The notes under the pieces were generated by a model. The model worked only from the letters and a program-made list of their open reading frames with translations. It did not search any database and was not told where the DNA came from. Source: Promethearchaeota archaeon (GTDB taxonomy: Archaea; Asgardarchaeota; Lokiarchaeia; Sigyniarchaeales; SOKP01). From it: a stretch of 64,000 nt of DNA. Location: positions 32,001 through 96,000 of the forward strand of contig JBHLOY010000003.1 of NCBI GenBank assembly GCA_048939995.1. Reading direction: 5' to 3'. Made by a program: the position numbers and the translations under genes. Shown here piece by piece: positions 39,362-48,931 of the stretch. Every line of letters starts with the position of its first letter. The stretch's first letter is position 1.

Positions 39362-40888
39362 ATGGCATTACCTCTATCGGGAACACCGATAATTCTTGAT
39401 ATAGGATCAGCTTATACAAAGGTTGGATTTGCTGGAGAACCCAGTCCTAGGTTTGTTTTTCCCACAATAACCGGCACAGAAAAGTATAAAGCCGTAATGG
39501 TTGATGTAAGTGCGAGGAACATATATGTGGGAAATGATGCTGCAAAAATGAGGGGTGTTTTAAAGATAAAACGTCCGATAGAGAGGGGAGCAATAATGGA
39601 TTGGAATGATTATTACGAAATTCTAAATTATTGTTTTTATTCTCTTCTAAGAATACCTGATCTTTCTCAATACCCTGTTTTATATACTGAACCTCCATTT
39701 CTACAGAAGGAAACCAAAGAATATATCGCACAAGTTCTATTTGAAACACATCGTGTACAAAAATTAATTATGGTTCCCACACCCATTTTATCTATATTTA
39801 GCGTGGGATTAACAACTGGTTTAGTAGTTGAAGGTGGAGATGGCATAACTTGGGTTTGTCCAATAATTAATGGACAAATCATTGATCAGACAGTGCAAAA
39901 ATTAACCTTAGCAGGTACAGATGTTAACCAGTATCTGAAAAACCTATTAATGCGAGAAGGGATTCATATCGAATCCAGTGCAGTTGATGAAATTGTTAAG
40001 GATATAAAAGAACGTAATTGTTACTTTGTTTTAGATCCAAAAAATCCCCCAAAAAAGGATGAAAAGTTTAAGACTGTCATGCCAGATGGCTCTACCCTAA
40101 GTGTTCCACATTATATCTTTCATGAAGCACCTGAGGTATTATTTCAACCAAGCCTAATAGGATATCCGATTAATAATATTCCTCAAGCTATTATAACTAG
40201 TCTTAAAGGAATTGATAAATATTATTGGAGTGAGTTATTATCTCATCTTGTCTTATCAGGCGGTAATCTATCTTATTCTGGTTTTGAGGAAAGATTAGGC
40301 CTTGAATTATCAAGTTTAATTCCCCAGTTGGGAAAGATTCCTAAACCAAAACAGGAAAAATCTACAACTAAAGGAAAGGCTCTATTAAAATCTGTTGAGG
40401 GAATGAAGAAAAAGCAAGATACTTGTCCACATTGTGGTACAATTGTAGATTTATCTGATGATAAAGAAATATGCCCCTCATGTGGAGGCAGAGTCGTTTT
40501 ACCAGAACTTACAATTAGTTTAAATAATTCAAATAAAAAAGCACCTCTTATTGCGGGGAAACTCTTTTGTCCTCACTGTGAAAATAGCATTACCGATTTA
40601 TCCTCAATATTTTGCCCTTATTGTGGAAAAAGTGTTGAAACTCTTGATACTAAAGGAGGTTCAAAAAAAACAATTGATTCACCACCTCCTGCTAAGGAAT
40701 TTGCTGGTTTCTATGACCCATCTGAAGAGATATTAAGTTTCTTTGTACCTGACAACCTTATGTATGCAATTTTCAACGGTGCAGCGATTCTAGGAACACT
40801 CCAGTCTTTTCTGAGATTGTTTATTACTCAAGAGCAATTTCTTTCCAATAAAGATCTTTTATATAAAGATATAAGTGAAATTTTTTAG
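39362..40888 (+). CDS. Actin-related protein (Asgard Arp) with inserted double zinc ribbon
   Basis: DIGSAYTKVGFAG, PRFVFP, PVLYTEPP, TTGLVVEGGDG, LAGxD, IKE, PDG, APEVLFQP, VLSGG; insert carries four CxxC. Confidence 0.93.
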   Translation: MALPLSGTPIILDIGSAYTKVGFAGEPSPRFVFPTITGTEKYKAVMVDVSARNIYVGNDAAKMRGVLKIKRPIERGAIMDWNDYYEILNYCFYSLLRIPDLSQYPVLYTEPPFLQKETKEYIAQVLFETHRVQKLIMVPTPILSIFSVGLTTGLVVEGGDGITWVCPIINGQIIDQTVQKLTLAGTDVNQYLKNLLMREGIHIESSAVDEIVKDIKERNCYFVLDPKNPPKKDEKFKTVMPDGSTLSVPHYIFHEAPEVLFQPSLIGYPINNIPQAIITSLKGIDKYYWSELLSHLVLSGGNLSYSGFEERLGLELSSLIPQLGKIPKPKQEKSTTKGKALLKSVEGMKKKQDTCPHCGTIVDLSDDKEICPSCGGRVVLPELTISLNNSNKKAPLIAGKLFCPHCENSITDLSSIFCPYCGKSVETLDTKGGSKKTIDSPPPAKEFAGFYDPSEEILSFFVPDNLMYAIFNGAAILGTLQSFLRLFITQEQFLSNKDLLYKDISEIF

Positions 40889-41011
40889 CTTTCCAATTTT
40901 TTAATTTTATCCTAAAATTATAACTTATATCTTATAATATCGTTAATTTTTAATTCCAAGCTATATTAAAAAAATTAAAATCTATTTTAGTCCATATTGA
41001 GGTTTTATTAG

Positions 41012-42112
41012 TTGAGAAGTAAATTACGGAGCTTGGCAGTAATAACTGTGATTTTTTCATTATTCTTAATAATGCTTCCAACGGTTTCAGCAAAAACTAG
41101 AGAGAGTTATTTAGTTGATTTTTTATATCAAAATTATGATGAAAACAATAATTTTGGTAATACTTTTGAGGATACCTTCTTTGCCTTAGAGATAATCGAT
41201 TATTATAATTTATATTCCATTCCTGTATTATTTGGTACTGAAGACAAAATTGATAAAGCTACATTTATTGATCATTTAGAATCTAAAGTAGAAGAAATGT
41301 TTGATGATGACGATGTTAACCTCTACGATTTATCTAATATCTTAGCTTCACTAAATATCTTAAACGGAATAGCATCATTAGACTCAAACTATAAACTCAA
41401 AATTTATAGATATATTAACCAAACTGTACAAACATACGGTGGATTCTCGATTACAAATTCATCTACAGCAGTGAATCTAATCTCAACATTTATTGTATAT
41501 AATATCTATACATTGATAGGTGAACCTATAGTTAATCAATCACGCCATATAAACTGGATTCTTTCTTGTAATAATACTGATGGTGGTTATGGAGGTAATC
41601 AGACTTTACCCTCAACAATCTTGACAACGTATTATGCAATATATTTAATCAATGAATTTTCTTCTCTTCTCGTTAACGAGACCGCAACTTCAAATTATTT
41701 AGTCTCATTCTTTAGTAGTGATTCAAATGATCAAGTTAATTATGGAGGTTATTTTCCCAGTCAAATAGCAGATAACACTTTATTGAGTAGCACTTATTAT
41801 TGCGTTAATGCGATAAATTTAATTGATGCATCGGAATTAAATCCTAGTTTAACAATAAGTTGGATATTAGCACGTCAAAATATTCAAGATGGTGGATTTA
41901 TAGATGATCCAACAGCTCAAGGCCAAGGGGATTCCTCAATTGCAGCATCTTATAATGCGTTTAAAGTATTACAAGTGTTAAATGCATTAAATTATCTCAA
42001 CCAAGATGTCTTCATGGTCGAGTTTAACTATATTGTTTTAATTGTATTATTATCAGTAATAGGAATAATAGTTATAATTATTGTATTTGTTTGGAAAAAA
42101 AGAAAAATTTAA
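41012..42112 (+). CDS. Secreted, C-terminally anchored prenyltransferase/squalene-oxidase-repeat protein
   Basis: Signal peptide ending VSA; repeats WILSCNNTDGGYG and WILARQNIQDGGF; C-terminal TM plus KKRK. Confidence 0.78.
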   Translation: MRSKLRSLAVITVIFSLFLIMLPTVSAKTRESYLVDFLYQNYDENNNFGNTFEDTFFALEIIDYYNLYSIPVLFGTEDKIDKATFIDHLESKVEEMFDDDDVNLYDLSNILASLNILNGIASLDSNYKLKIYRYINQTVQTYGGFSITNSSTAVNLISTFIVYNIYTLIGEPIVNQSRHINWILSCNNTDGGYGGNQTLPSTILTTYYAIYLINEFSSLLVNETATSNYLVSFFSSDSNDQVNYGGYFPSQIADNTLLSSTYYCVNAINLIDASELNPSLTISWILARQNIQDGGFIDDPTAQGQGDSSIAASYNAFKVLQVLNALNYLNQDVFMVEFNYIVLIVLLSVIGIIVIIIVFVWKKRKI

Positions 42113-42232
42113 TCCTTCCATTATTTTTAATAATCATCTAATAATACTTAATTAAATCTTTAGTTTACACTCTTTATATAAAATATATAATTTTTTTTTT
42201 ATTTTTATTTGAATTACTTAAATTGATTAACT

Positions 42233-43090
42233 ATGGAAAAAATTCTTGACGGTAAAAAGTTAGCAGAAAAACTCAATTCTGATTTGAAATCAAAAATATT
42301 AAATATATATACTGAAACAGGAATTAAGCCAAAATTGGCAGCTATTTTAGTAGGTGAAGATCCAGCTTCTGAAATCTATGTAAATATGAAGCGAAGAAAA
42401 TGCGAACAAGTTGGTATCGAATCAATATTAATAAAGCTAGATAGACAAATTTCAAAAGAAAGAATATTTAGCGAAATAGATAAATTGAATAATGATGAAA
42501 CTATCCATGGGATTCTTTTACAAATACCTTTACCTGAAAAGTTCAAAGAGATTAAATCAAAAATCTTAGAAAGGATTTCTCCCCTTAAAGATGTGGATGG
42601 TTTTAATCCTATTAATAAGGGGATGCTTTTTGATTATGAAGAAGAATTAGCACCATGTACCCCAAAAGGTATTATTGCTTTACTTGAATATTATAATATC
42701 ACAATACAAGGTAAAGATATAGTAATCGTAAATCGTTCTAATCTTGTTGGAAAACCTCTTATTTTTATGCTTCTTAAACGGAATGCAACTGTTACGATAT
42801 GTCATACTTCTACTAAAAGCATTGAAAACCATATGCAAAGAGCAGATATATTAGTAGTAGCTGTAGGAAAACCTAAATTTATCACAAAGGATAAGGTAAA
42901 AGAAGGTGTTATTATTATCGACGTGGGACAGAATAGAGTTCAAGGGAAGTTGTATGGTGATGTTGATTTTGAAGATGTATATGAAAAATGTGGTGCAATA
43001 ACACCAACGCCAGGAGGAATTGGACCTTTAACTGTTGCTTTCTTACTTCAAAATACTTTTATTGCTTATAAAAAACAATTAAAAATTTAA
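42233..43090 (+). CDS. folD: Methylenetetrahydrofolate dehydrogenase/cyclohydrolase
   Basis: ILDGK, YxxxK, GILLQxPLP, KDVDG, PCTP, RSNLVGKP, TPxPGGxGP. Confidence 0.96.
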   Translation: MEKILDGKKLAEKLNSDLKSKILNIYTETGIKPKLAAILVGEDPASEIYVNMKRRKCEQVGIESILIKLDRQISKERIFSEIDKLNNDETIHGILLQIPLPEKFKEIKSKILERISPLKDVDGFNPINKGMLFDYEEELAPCTPKGIIALLEYYNITIQGKDIVIVNRSNLVGKPLIFMLLKRNATVTICHTSTKSIENHMQRADILVVAVGKPKFITKDKVKEGVIIIDVGQNRVQGKLYGDVDFEDVYEKCGAITPTPGGIGPLTVAFLLQNTFIAYKKQLKI

Positions 43091-43181
43091 AAAAGTAACA
43101 CTTTAAAAGAAATAAATAGATTTATTATTAATATAAGACATATAGAGGATTATCAGTAAAAATTAAATAGCTCTTAAAAAG

Positions 43182-43634
43182 ATGGCAGTTCTCGAGTGCG
43201 GAATAAATTTAGGAATGAGAAATTTGATCGAGATTCGCTATTATTCTTCCTCAGATAATTTACTAGATCCAAATTTGAGAGCAGGATTTCTTTCCGCCCT
43301 TGAGTCTTTTACTAGTGAAGTTTTTGGAGATGATATTAATGTTGTCTCATTAGCTTCATTCAAACTTGTATGTTATTGCGATTTAATTGCTTTACCTAAT
43401 GATACATTAAACAAGCAACCATTATTATCGTATGCAATTATCGAAAAAGAAACAGATACAGAACTTATAAAGAAATTCTTAAAGAAAATAAATTCCCATT
43501 TCCTGAATAGATATTCTCTTAATGACATTTTTTCAAAGAAAGAAAACTATTTCGCAAAATTTATAGATCGAATTAATGAAATTCTTGGAGATCTAAGATT
43601 AAAAACGGAAGATCGATTTAGATCGATTTTTTAA
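43182..43634 (+). CDS. Stand-alone longin-like domain protein
   Basis: LDPNLRAGFLSALESF motif shared with the cytoplasmic domain of the 8266..12969 protein; beta-beta-alpha-beta-beta-beta-alpha-alpha pattern, 150 aa. Confidence 0.65.
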   Translation: MAVLECGINLGMRNLIEIRYYSSSDNLLDPNLRAGFLSALESFTSEVFGDDINVVSLASFKLVCYCDLIALPNDTLNKQPLLSYAIIEKETDTELIKKFLKKINSHFLNRYSLNDIFSKKENYFAKFIDRINEILGDLRLKTEDRFRSIF

Positions 43635-43689
43635 AAAAATTGGCTACTTATCATTGAAATAACCGAAAATTTTCAGGTGTTATAGGTTT

Positions 43690-44892
43690 ATGAGTTCAAA
43701 TATAGGTCCAGAAGCACAGGCAGCTTATCAAAAATATCTAGATGCTACCTCTTTAGAGGAAAAAATCAAAAAATTGGAGGAATTTATTTCTTTAGTACCA
43801 AAACATAAAGCCACTGAAAAGATCGTAGCGTTGAATCGATCCCGCCTTGCAAAGTTAAAAAGAGAGCAAGAAGAACAAAGAATTAGACAAAAAACGACAG
43901 CTAAAGTAATAAGCCCATTTTCCATTAAAAAAGAGACGATTCAAATAATCTTGATAAGTGACTATTATACTCCTGGTGCGGGTAAAACTTCACTATTGAA
44001 TTTTTTAACGGGAGCAGCAGAAGAGAAAATAGGGAAATTTACTGCATTACCCGAAATTGGTATCTATGAATATGATAAAATACGATATCAAATAGTCGAT
44101 ATGCCTTCGATAATGGAAGGTGCTTCTAATGGAATTGGCAATGGTAAAGAAATACTTTCTCAATTAAGATCATGTGATTTAATATGTTTTTGTATTGACT
44201 TATCTCGCGAATATGATTCTCAGATAAAATTATTATTAAGTGAGTTAAATAATGCAAATATTCGTTTAAATTTACCTCCACCACCAGTTACAATAGAAAA
44301 AACAGGTTCAAATAAAATACAAATATTCTTTCTTACTCCAGATGCAAAAGAATCTGATGAATTTCTCGAATTAACCGAAAGGATAAAGGAAATTGTCGCT
44401 GCTAGTGGTATTAGAAATGCTATAGTAAAAGTTTCTGGTGAGATAACGCTAGATCAAGTAGTCGATGCATTAAATCCGTCTGTTTCATATAAGAAAGCTA
44501 TAATTATCGGGACAAAGGGTGATTTACCTGGCACAAAAGAACAATTTGAAAAATTGAAGAAATCATATTTAGATAAATTTCCAGCAATAATTGGATCTAG
44601 CATACCTAAAAAAGAATTCCCAGATAATTTTGGAGAAATTATATTAAATATTCTTGGTAAAATCAAAATTTATACGATGAATAAAGGAGAAGTTGCTGAA
44701 AAGCCATTAGTGGTAGATTCAGAGCCAAATATGCCTAAAATTAGAGATATTGCATTAAGAATACATAAACGCTTCTATGATAAATTTGATCATGCTGTTG
44801 TAATTAGAGAATCAGAACGTCAAAAAAGAAAGAAAGTTGGGTTAGATTATGAACTAAAAAATAATGATATTGTAGAGTTATTTACTAAGTAG
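43690..44892 (+). CDS. DRG/OBG-family GTPase with C-terminal TGS domain (degenerate G-boxes)
   Basis: PKHKATE N-terminal DRG motif, GAGKTS, EGAxxGxGxG, TKGD, TGS (IH...VGLDYEL..DIVE). Confidence 0.85.
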   Translation: MSSNIGPEAQAAYQKYLDATSLEEKIKKLEEFISLVPKHKATEKIVALNRSRLAKLKREQEEQRIRQKTTAKVISPFSIKKETIQIILISDYYTPGAGKTSLLNFLTGAAEEKIGKFTALPEIGIYEYDKIRYQIVDMPSIMEGASNGIGNGKEILSQLRSCDLICFCIDLSREYDSQIKLLLSELNNANIRLNLPPPPVTIEKTGSNKIQIFFLTPDAKESDEFLELTERIKEIVAASGIRNAIVKVSGEITLDQVVDALNPSVSYKKAIIIGTKGDLPGTKEQFEKLKKSYLDKFPAIIGSSIPKKEFPDNFGEIILNILGKIKIYTMNKGEVAEKPLVVDSEPNMPKIRDIALRIHKRFYDKFDHAVVIRESERQKRKKVGLDYELKNNDIVELFTK

Positions 44893-47563
44893 GAGAAGGA
44901 TTCCGTATTTTTTCTATAATATTAGGTATTTCTTTTATTTGATCCTCATATAATAAATCAAGTTTAGGAATTCCATTTAAAATATTCAAGATACTCTCAA
45001 ATGAATAGATTAAATTTTCTAAATAATCTACTATATCACCTTTAAATATTAAAATTTTATACTCCTCTTCAAAAATTCTGCTGATCTCTTCAACTGAGAG
45101 ATTATCATCAATTCTAAAGGATAATAACATTCGCTCTAAATTTTTTCTCCCGCAATCACAATAAGGATTATCCTTACAGCCACAATTAAAGATTTCATTT
45201 ACCCATTTTGTAATAAAGTCAATGAATTCATTTGAGAATTTTTTTCTTTTTTTTACATAATCTGCATCCATTAATGATAAGACACTTGAACTGAAGAAAT
45301 TATTACTAAAATATCTCATATTAATATTTTTTGATAAATCTGATACAACTTTTTTTGATAAGTAGACATTCTTTAATGGTTTTAATTCGAGCACGATATT
45401 TATGATGCTCTCAGCCTTTAGTTTTAAAACATCAATAATTTCTAAACTCTTTTCAACCGTTAAAAATGATTTGGAAATTGCCTGTCCTAATTGAGTAGTA
45501 GAATAAATTGAATTATAATCTAATATAATTAATTTCAATTTCATTAACTTTTTTAGTAGTAATTCAACTTCATAATCTGAATTAATTAAGTATTTATTAA
45601 ATTCATAGATACTATTTTTTGGAGTTCCCTCGTTAAACATTGAAATAAACCCAAGTAATTCTGTCATTGATTTATCTTCATTTGGCTCTAATTCAAAGTC
45701 TTTTATCTTCCCATTTAATAGTTTGATAGCTATATTCTCTTCAGTAATTTTCATTTTAGGAACATAAATCTTTTCAGGTTCTACAAGAAGATATGCATAA
45801 CCGATATCATGTTTCCCTAATCTTCCTGCTCGGCCTAACATCTGTTCAAATTCTGCCACCGTCAAAACTTTAATTCCCATTGCTAAAGATTCAAATATTA
45901 CTTGCTTTGCAGGGAAATCTACTCCTGCAGCTAGTGCAGCAGTAGCTACAACAGCTGAAATTTTCTGATCTTGGAAATCCATTTCAATTAACTTTCTTTC
46001 TTCACTAGTTAATCCTGAATGGTAAGCTCTTGTTTTGATCCCCTTTTTATCTAGGAATGTGGCTAGCGACTCACACTTTTTCCGAGAATTAGTAAAAACT
46101 ATAGATTGCCCTCTAAATCCATAACTAGATCTCTCGGAAAATGCAGATTGAACCAGTTTTATTATGAATTTATGCTTTAGGGTTTCATTTAAGCACAAAA
46201 TTAAGTGGCGTTCAATAGGGACAGGTCTATTATTATATTTAATTAATGTTCCATTTAGCTTTTTGGCTAAAAGTTCTGGAGCTCCAATTGTAGCGCTTAA
46301 ATATAAAAATTGCACATCCTTACAAATCACTTTCAACCTTGCTATTAATCCATCTAATAGATATCCTCTATCCAAATCGGTTAATACTTGAATCTCATCA
46401 ATTATTATTGTACCTATATCCCCCAATAAACCTTTATTTCCACTCCTTAACAAAAAATCTATAGCTTCATAAGTTGCAATAATAATATCGGCATCAACTA
46501 ATTCCTCTAAATTAAGAGTCTCTGTTTTATCTAATAATGATTCTCCAATTTTTTTTATTACCTTCAAACTTAAGGCTTTATATTTTATCTCGAATTCTTC
46601 TGTTCTTACATTTGCTAAAGCTACAATTGGAACTAAATATAACATTTTAAGCTTTTTTGTTAATACTTTTGAAATTCCAGCAATTTCACCAATTAAAGTC
46701 TTGCCAGAAGATGTAGGTGCCATAACTATTTGATTTTTATTATCACTTAACAGCCCTTGTTCAATTGAGATAGCTTGAATTGGCAGTAATCTGTAAATTC
46801 CCTGTGCTTTTAATATTTCAATTAACTTCATTGGTATAGAGACATTATCAAAATGATAATTTAAGTATTTTTTATTCAGAGAAGGACTTTTTTCAATATC
46901 GTACAAAGTAGTCTCTTTATTTTTGACTGGATTAAAATCTAGTTTAAAAGAATTTAGGACTTTATCAATGTTTTTAAATTTTAAAATCATATGATTAAAA
47001 AAATTTTTTAGCTTTGGATTAACTTTCTCGGTTGAAATTAACCCAATAAGTCTTGCTTGACCTAAAACAAGTTCTAAAGCACAATCAGAGCATACAATTT
47101 GATTTTGGCTTGATTTAATTTGCTGATTTTTATTTAGGATATTAAATTCTTTCCTATCTAAACAAGTTCTACAAAATGTTAAATTAATTATTTTATCATT
47201 ATTAACTTGGAAACTATTTAACATTTTTCGAATTTCTCGATAATATTTTGGATCAGTTTGACTTGAGAACGCTACAAATTGATTTTTCTCAGATTTTAGA
47301 AACTTTTTGAAAACTTTTGGATCAATAGGTTCTTTATCGCCGCCCTTTTGTATCTTCAAGAAAGATAGTGGACGAAACTTGTTTTTAAAATCTAAACCAA
47401 AAAGTAGTATACCTCTAAAAAAAGGCTTTCTAACATAAGTGATTGAGTGAGTCTTCTTGTTGAAAGATTTTAAATAAAAAAAGTTAATATTAAAACAGTT
47501 CTCTTTCTTACTTTCCAGATTTTTATCTAACACAATAAAGAACTTTCTATTGATAACACTCAA
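44885..47563 (-). CDS. Archaeal superfamily II DEAD/DEAH helicase (COG1202-type)
   Basis: LLPIQ, PTSSGKT, DEIQ, LSAT, YHSGL, AAGVDFPA, QMLGRAGR, C-terminal CxCxxxPYCxC. Confidence 0.9.
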   Translation of the reverse strand: MSVINRKFFIVLDKNLESKKENCFNINFFYLKSFNKKTHSITYVRKPFFRGILLFGLDFKNKFRPLSFLKIQKGGDKEPIDPKVFKKFLKSEKNQFVAFSSQTDPKYYREIRKMLNSFQVNNDKIINLTFCRTCLDRKEFNILNKNQQIKSSQNQIVCSDCALELVLGQARLIGLISTEKVNPKLKNFFNHMILKFKNIDKVLNSFKLDFNPVKNKETTLYDIEKSPSLNKKYLNYHFDNVSIPMKLIEILKAQGIYRLLPIQAISIEQGLLSDNKNQIVMAPTSSGKTLIGEIAGISKVLTKKLKMLYLVPIVALANVRTEEFEIKYKALSLKVIKKIGESLLDKTETLNLEELVDADIIIATYEAIDFLLRSGNKGLLGDIGTIIIDEIQVLTDLDRGYLLDGLIARLKVICKDVQFLYLSATIGAPELLAKKLNGTLIKYNNRPVPIERHLILCLNETLKHKFIIKLVQSAFSERSSYGFRGQSIVFTNSRKKCESLATFLDKKGIKTRAYHSGLTSEERKLIEMDFQDQKISAVVATAALAAGVDFPAKQVIFESLAMGIKVLTVAEFEQMLGRAGRLGKHDIGYAYLLVEPEKIYVPKMKITEENIAIKLLNGKIKDFELEPNEDKSMTELLGFISMFNEGTPKNSIYEFNKYLINSDYEVELLLKKLMKLKLIILDYNSIYSTTQLGQAISKSFLTVEKSLEIIDVLKLKAESIINIVLELKPLKNVYLSKKVVSDLSKNINMRYFSNNFFSSSVLSLMDADYVKKRKKFSNEFIDFITKWVNEIFNCGCKDNPYCDCGRKNLERMLLSFRIDDNLSVEEISRIFEEEYKILIFKGDIVDYLENLIYSFESILNILNGIPKLDLLYEDQIKEIPNIIEKIRNPSPT

Positions 47564-47657
47564 TAAAGTCTCACTTATAATTTAATTTCAATAAGAAAAA
47601 ATGAAAATAATTAAATCAATTTTTCTGATAAATTTGTGTTAAAAAGTAAATTAAGGA

Positions 47658-47819
47658 TTAGAAGCCAAATATTTGCTTAATTTTATCATAAACTTCTTTA
47701 ATTTGTCTTAGTTTAGTTTCATCTCCTTGATTCAAAAAGTGCTCAATCCACTGAGCAAGACCATTAGATTCAATCCATTGTTTAAAATATTCAACAGCTT
47801 GGCGATCTTCAGAGGACAT
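47658..47819 (-). CDS. Small 53-aa helical protein not in the ORF track (MSSEDRQAVEYFKQWIESNGLAQWIEHFLNQGDETKLRQIKEVYDKIKQIFGF)
   Basis: ATG to TAA ORF translated by hand; coding-like composition within AT-rich spacer; co-oriented upstream of the helicase. Confidence 0.65.
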   Translation of the reverse strand: MSSEDRQAVEYFKQWIESNGLAQWIEHFLNQGDETKLRQIKEVYDKIKQIFGF

Positions 47820-47939
47820 TTTTTTTTACTTTTTTTAATTCTATATAAAATTATAAATTATTCTATTTTATATTTTTATAATTTTATTTTAGTTAATTAA
47901 AATTAATGTAAAACATAAAAAAGCAAAGTTGAAAATCTA

Positions 47940-48899
47940 ATGCCAGATGTAAAGATCAAAACTCCTAATTTGGATGATATATTTGAGAAATGGAAACAAA
48001 GTGCTGTAAGGAAAGATCGAAAAAGAATGGAAAAACAATTTGGTACAAAAGGTGCTGTGTTTTCTTTAGATGCCATATCTGCTGCCGAATATGTTAAAGA
48101 TACAATGAAGGAGGCTGCAATTTATTTTGCAGTTAAAATGACTCTTGGAGCTGCGCCAAAAGGAAAAGAAGAACATATCCTATTAGCTCCTAAATTACCC
48201 AGAGAATATTTTTATTCATTTAAGGGATCAGAAAAGGTTAATAAGGATAATTGGAAGGGAGATGAATTGGTACCTATGTATGAATCGATTCAACCGATAT
48301 CATGTAAAAATTGCGGAGGAAAGGGATATATTGATGGCAAATGTAAAAATTGTAATGGTAGTGGTAAAATCGAAGAAAATATTGTTGTTTTTATCGGGGA
48401 AGAGCAAAAGAAAGAAAAGAAACCCTTCTCCTATTCATGTGTTGCGTGTTATGGTACGGGAAATCGAAGGGAGCCTTGTAAAGAGTGTGGTGGGCATAAA
48501 AGTTTATATAAGTATGAGATTCTCCCTGTTCCTTTTAAAACAGTAGTTACTGGGATTCCAATACTTCATAGTAGTGCCCAAACTAAATATGAAAAAGAAA
48601 TGGGAGAGGATCTTCATAAAATGCTTGAAGATGTAGAAGGAATTAAGTTCAGTGAATTCAAAGAACTAGAGTCGAAATCAGAAGCTTCATTGGGGTATTG
48701 GAATAAAAATATAAAAAAAACAATTAACTCAGCAGGCAATGATTATAAAACTTATCAAAAAGATAAAGATACACAAATTACTACCCAGATTTATCTTTTT
48801 CCTCTTATCCAAATGTTCTGCGAGACTAAAAAAGGAAAAAAGTTCGAGATCTATAGTTTAGGCTCAGCAAATAAATTTATGATTTACTCAAACTTCTAA
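47940..48899 (+). CDS. DnaJ-type CxxCxGxG zinc-finger protein without J domain, SSUH2-like
   Basis: CKNCGGKG, CKNCNGSG, CVACYGTG, CKECGG; no HPD motif; beta-rich C-terminus. Confidence 0.7.
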   Translation: MPDVKIKTPNLDDIFEKWKQSAVRKDRKRMEKQFGTKGAVFSLDAISAAEYVKDTMKEAAIYFAVKMTLGAAPKGKEEHILLAPKLPREYFYSFKGSEKVNKDNWKGDELVPMYESIQPISCKNCGGKGYIDGKCKNCNGSGKIEENIVVFIGEEQKKEKKPFSYSCVACYGTGNRREPCKECGGHKSLYKYEILPVPFKTVVTGIPILHSSAQTKYEKEMGEDLHKMLEDVEGIKFSEFKELESKSEASLGYWNKNIKKTINSAGNDYKTYQKDKDTQITTQIYLFPLIQMFCETKKGKKFEIYSLGSANKFMIYSNF

Positions 48900-48931
48900 T
48901 TCTTAATTCTTTTATATTTTTATGATAAATA

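Noticed and set aside
41012-42112. Idea that this is a Rab geranylgeranyltransferase beta subunit acting on the local GTPases
   Set aside because: Secreted topology, no visible zinc-ligand motif, and neither GTPase has a C-terminal Cys
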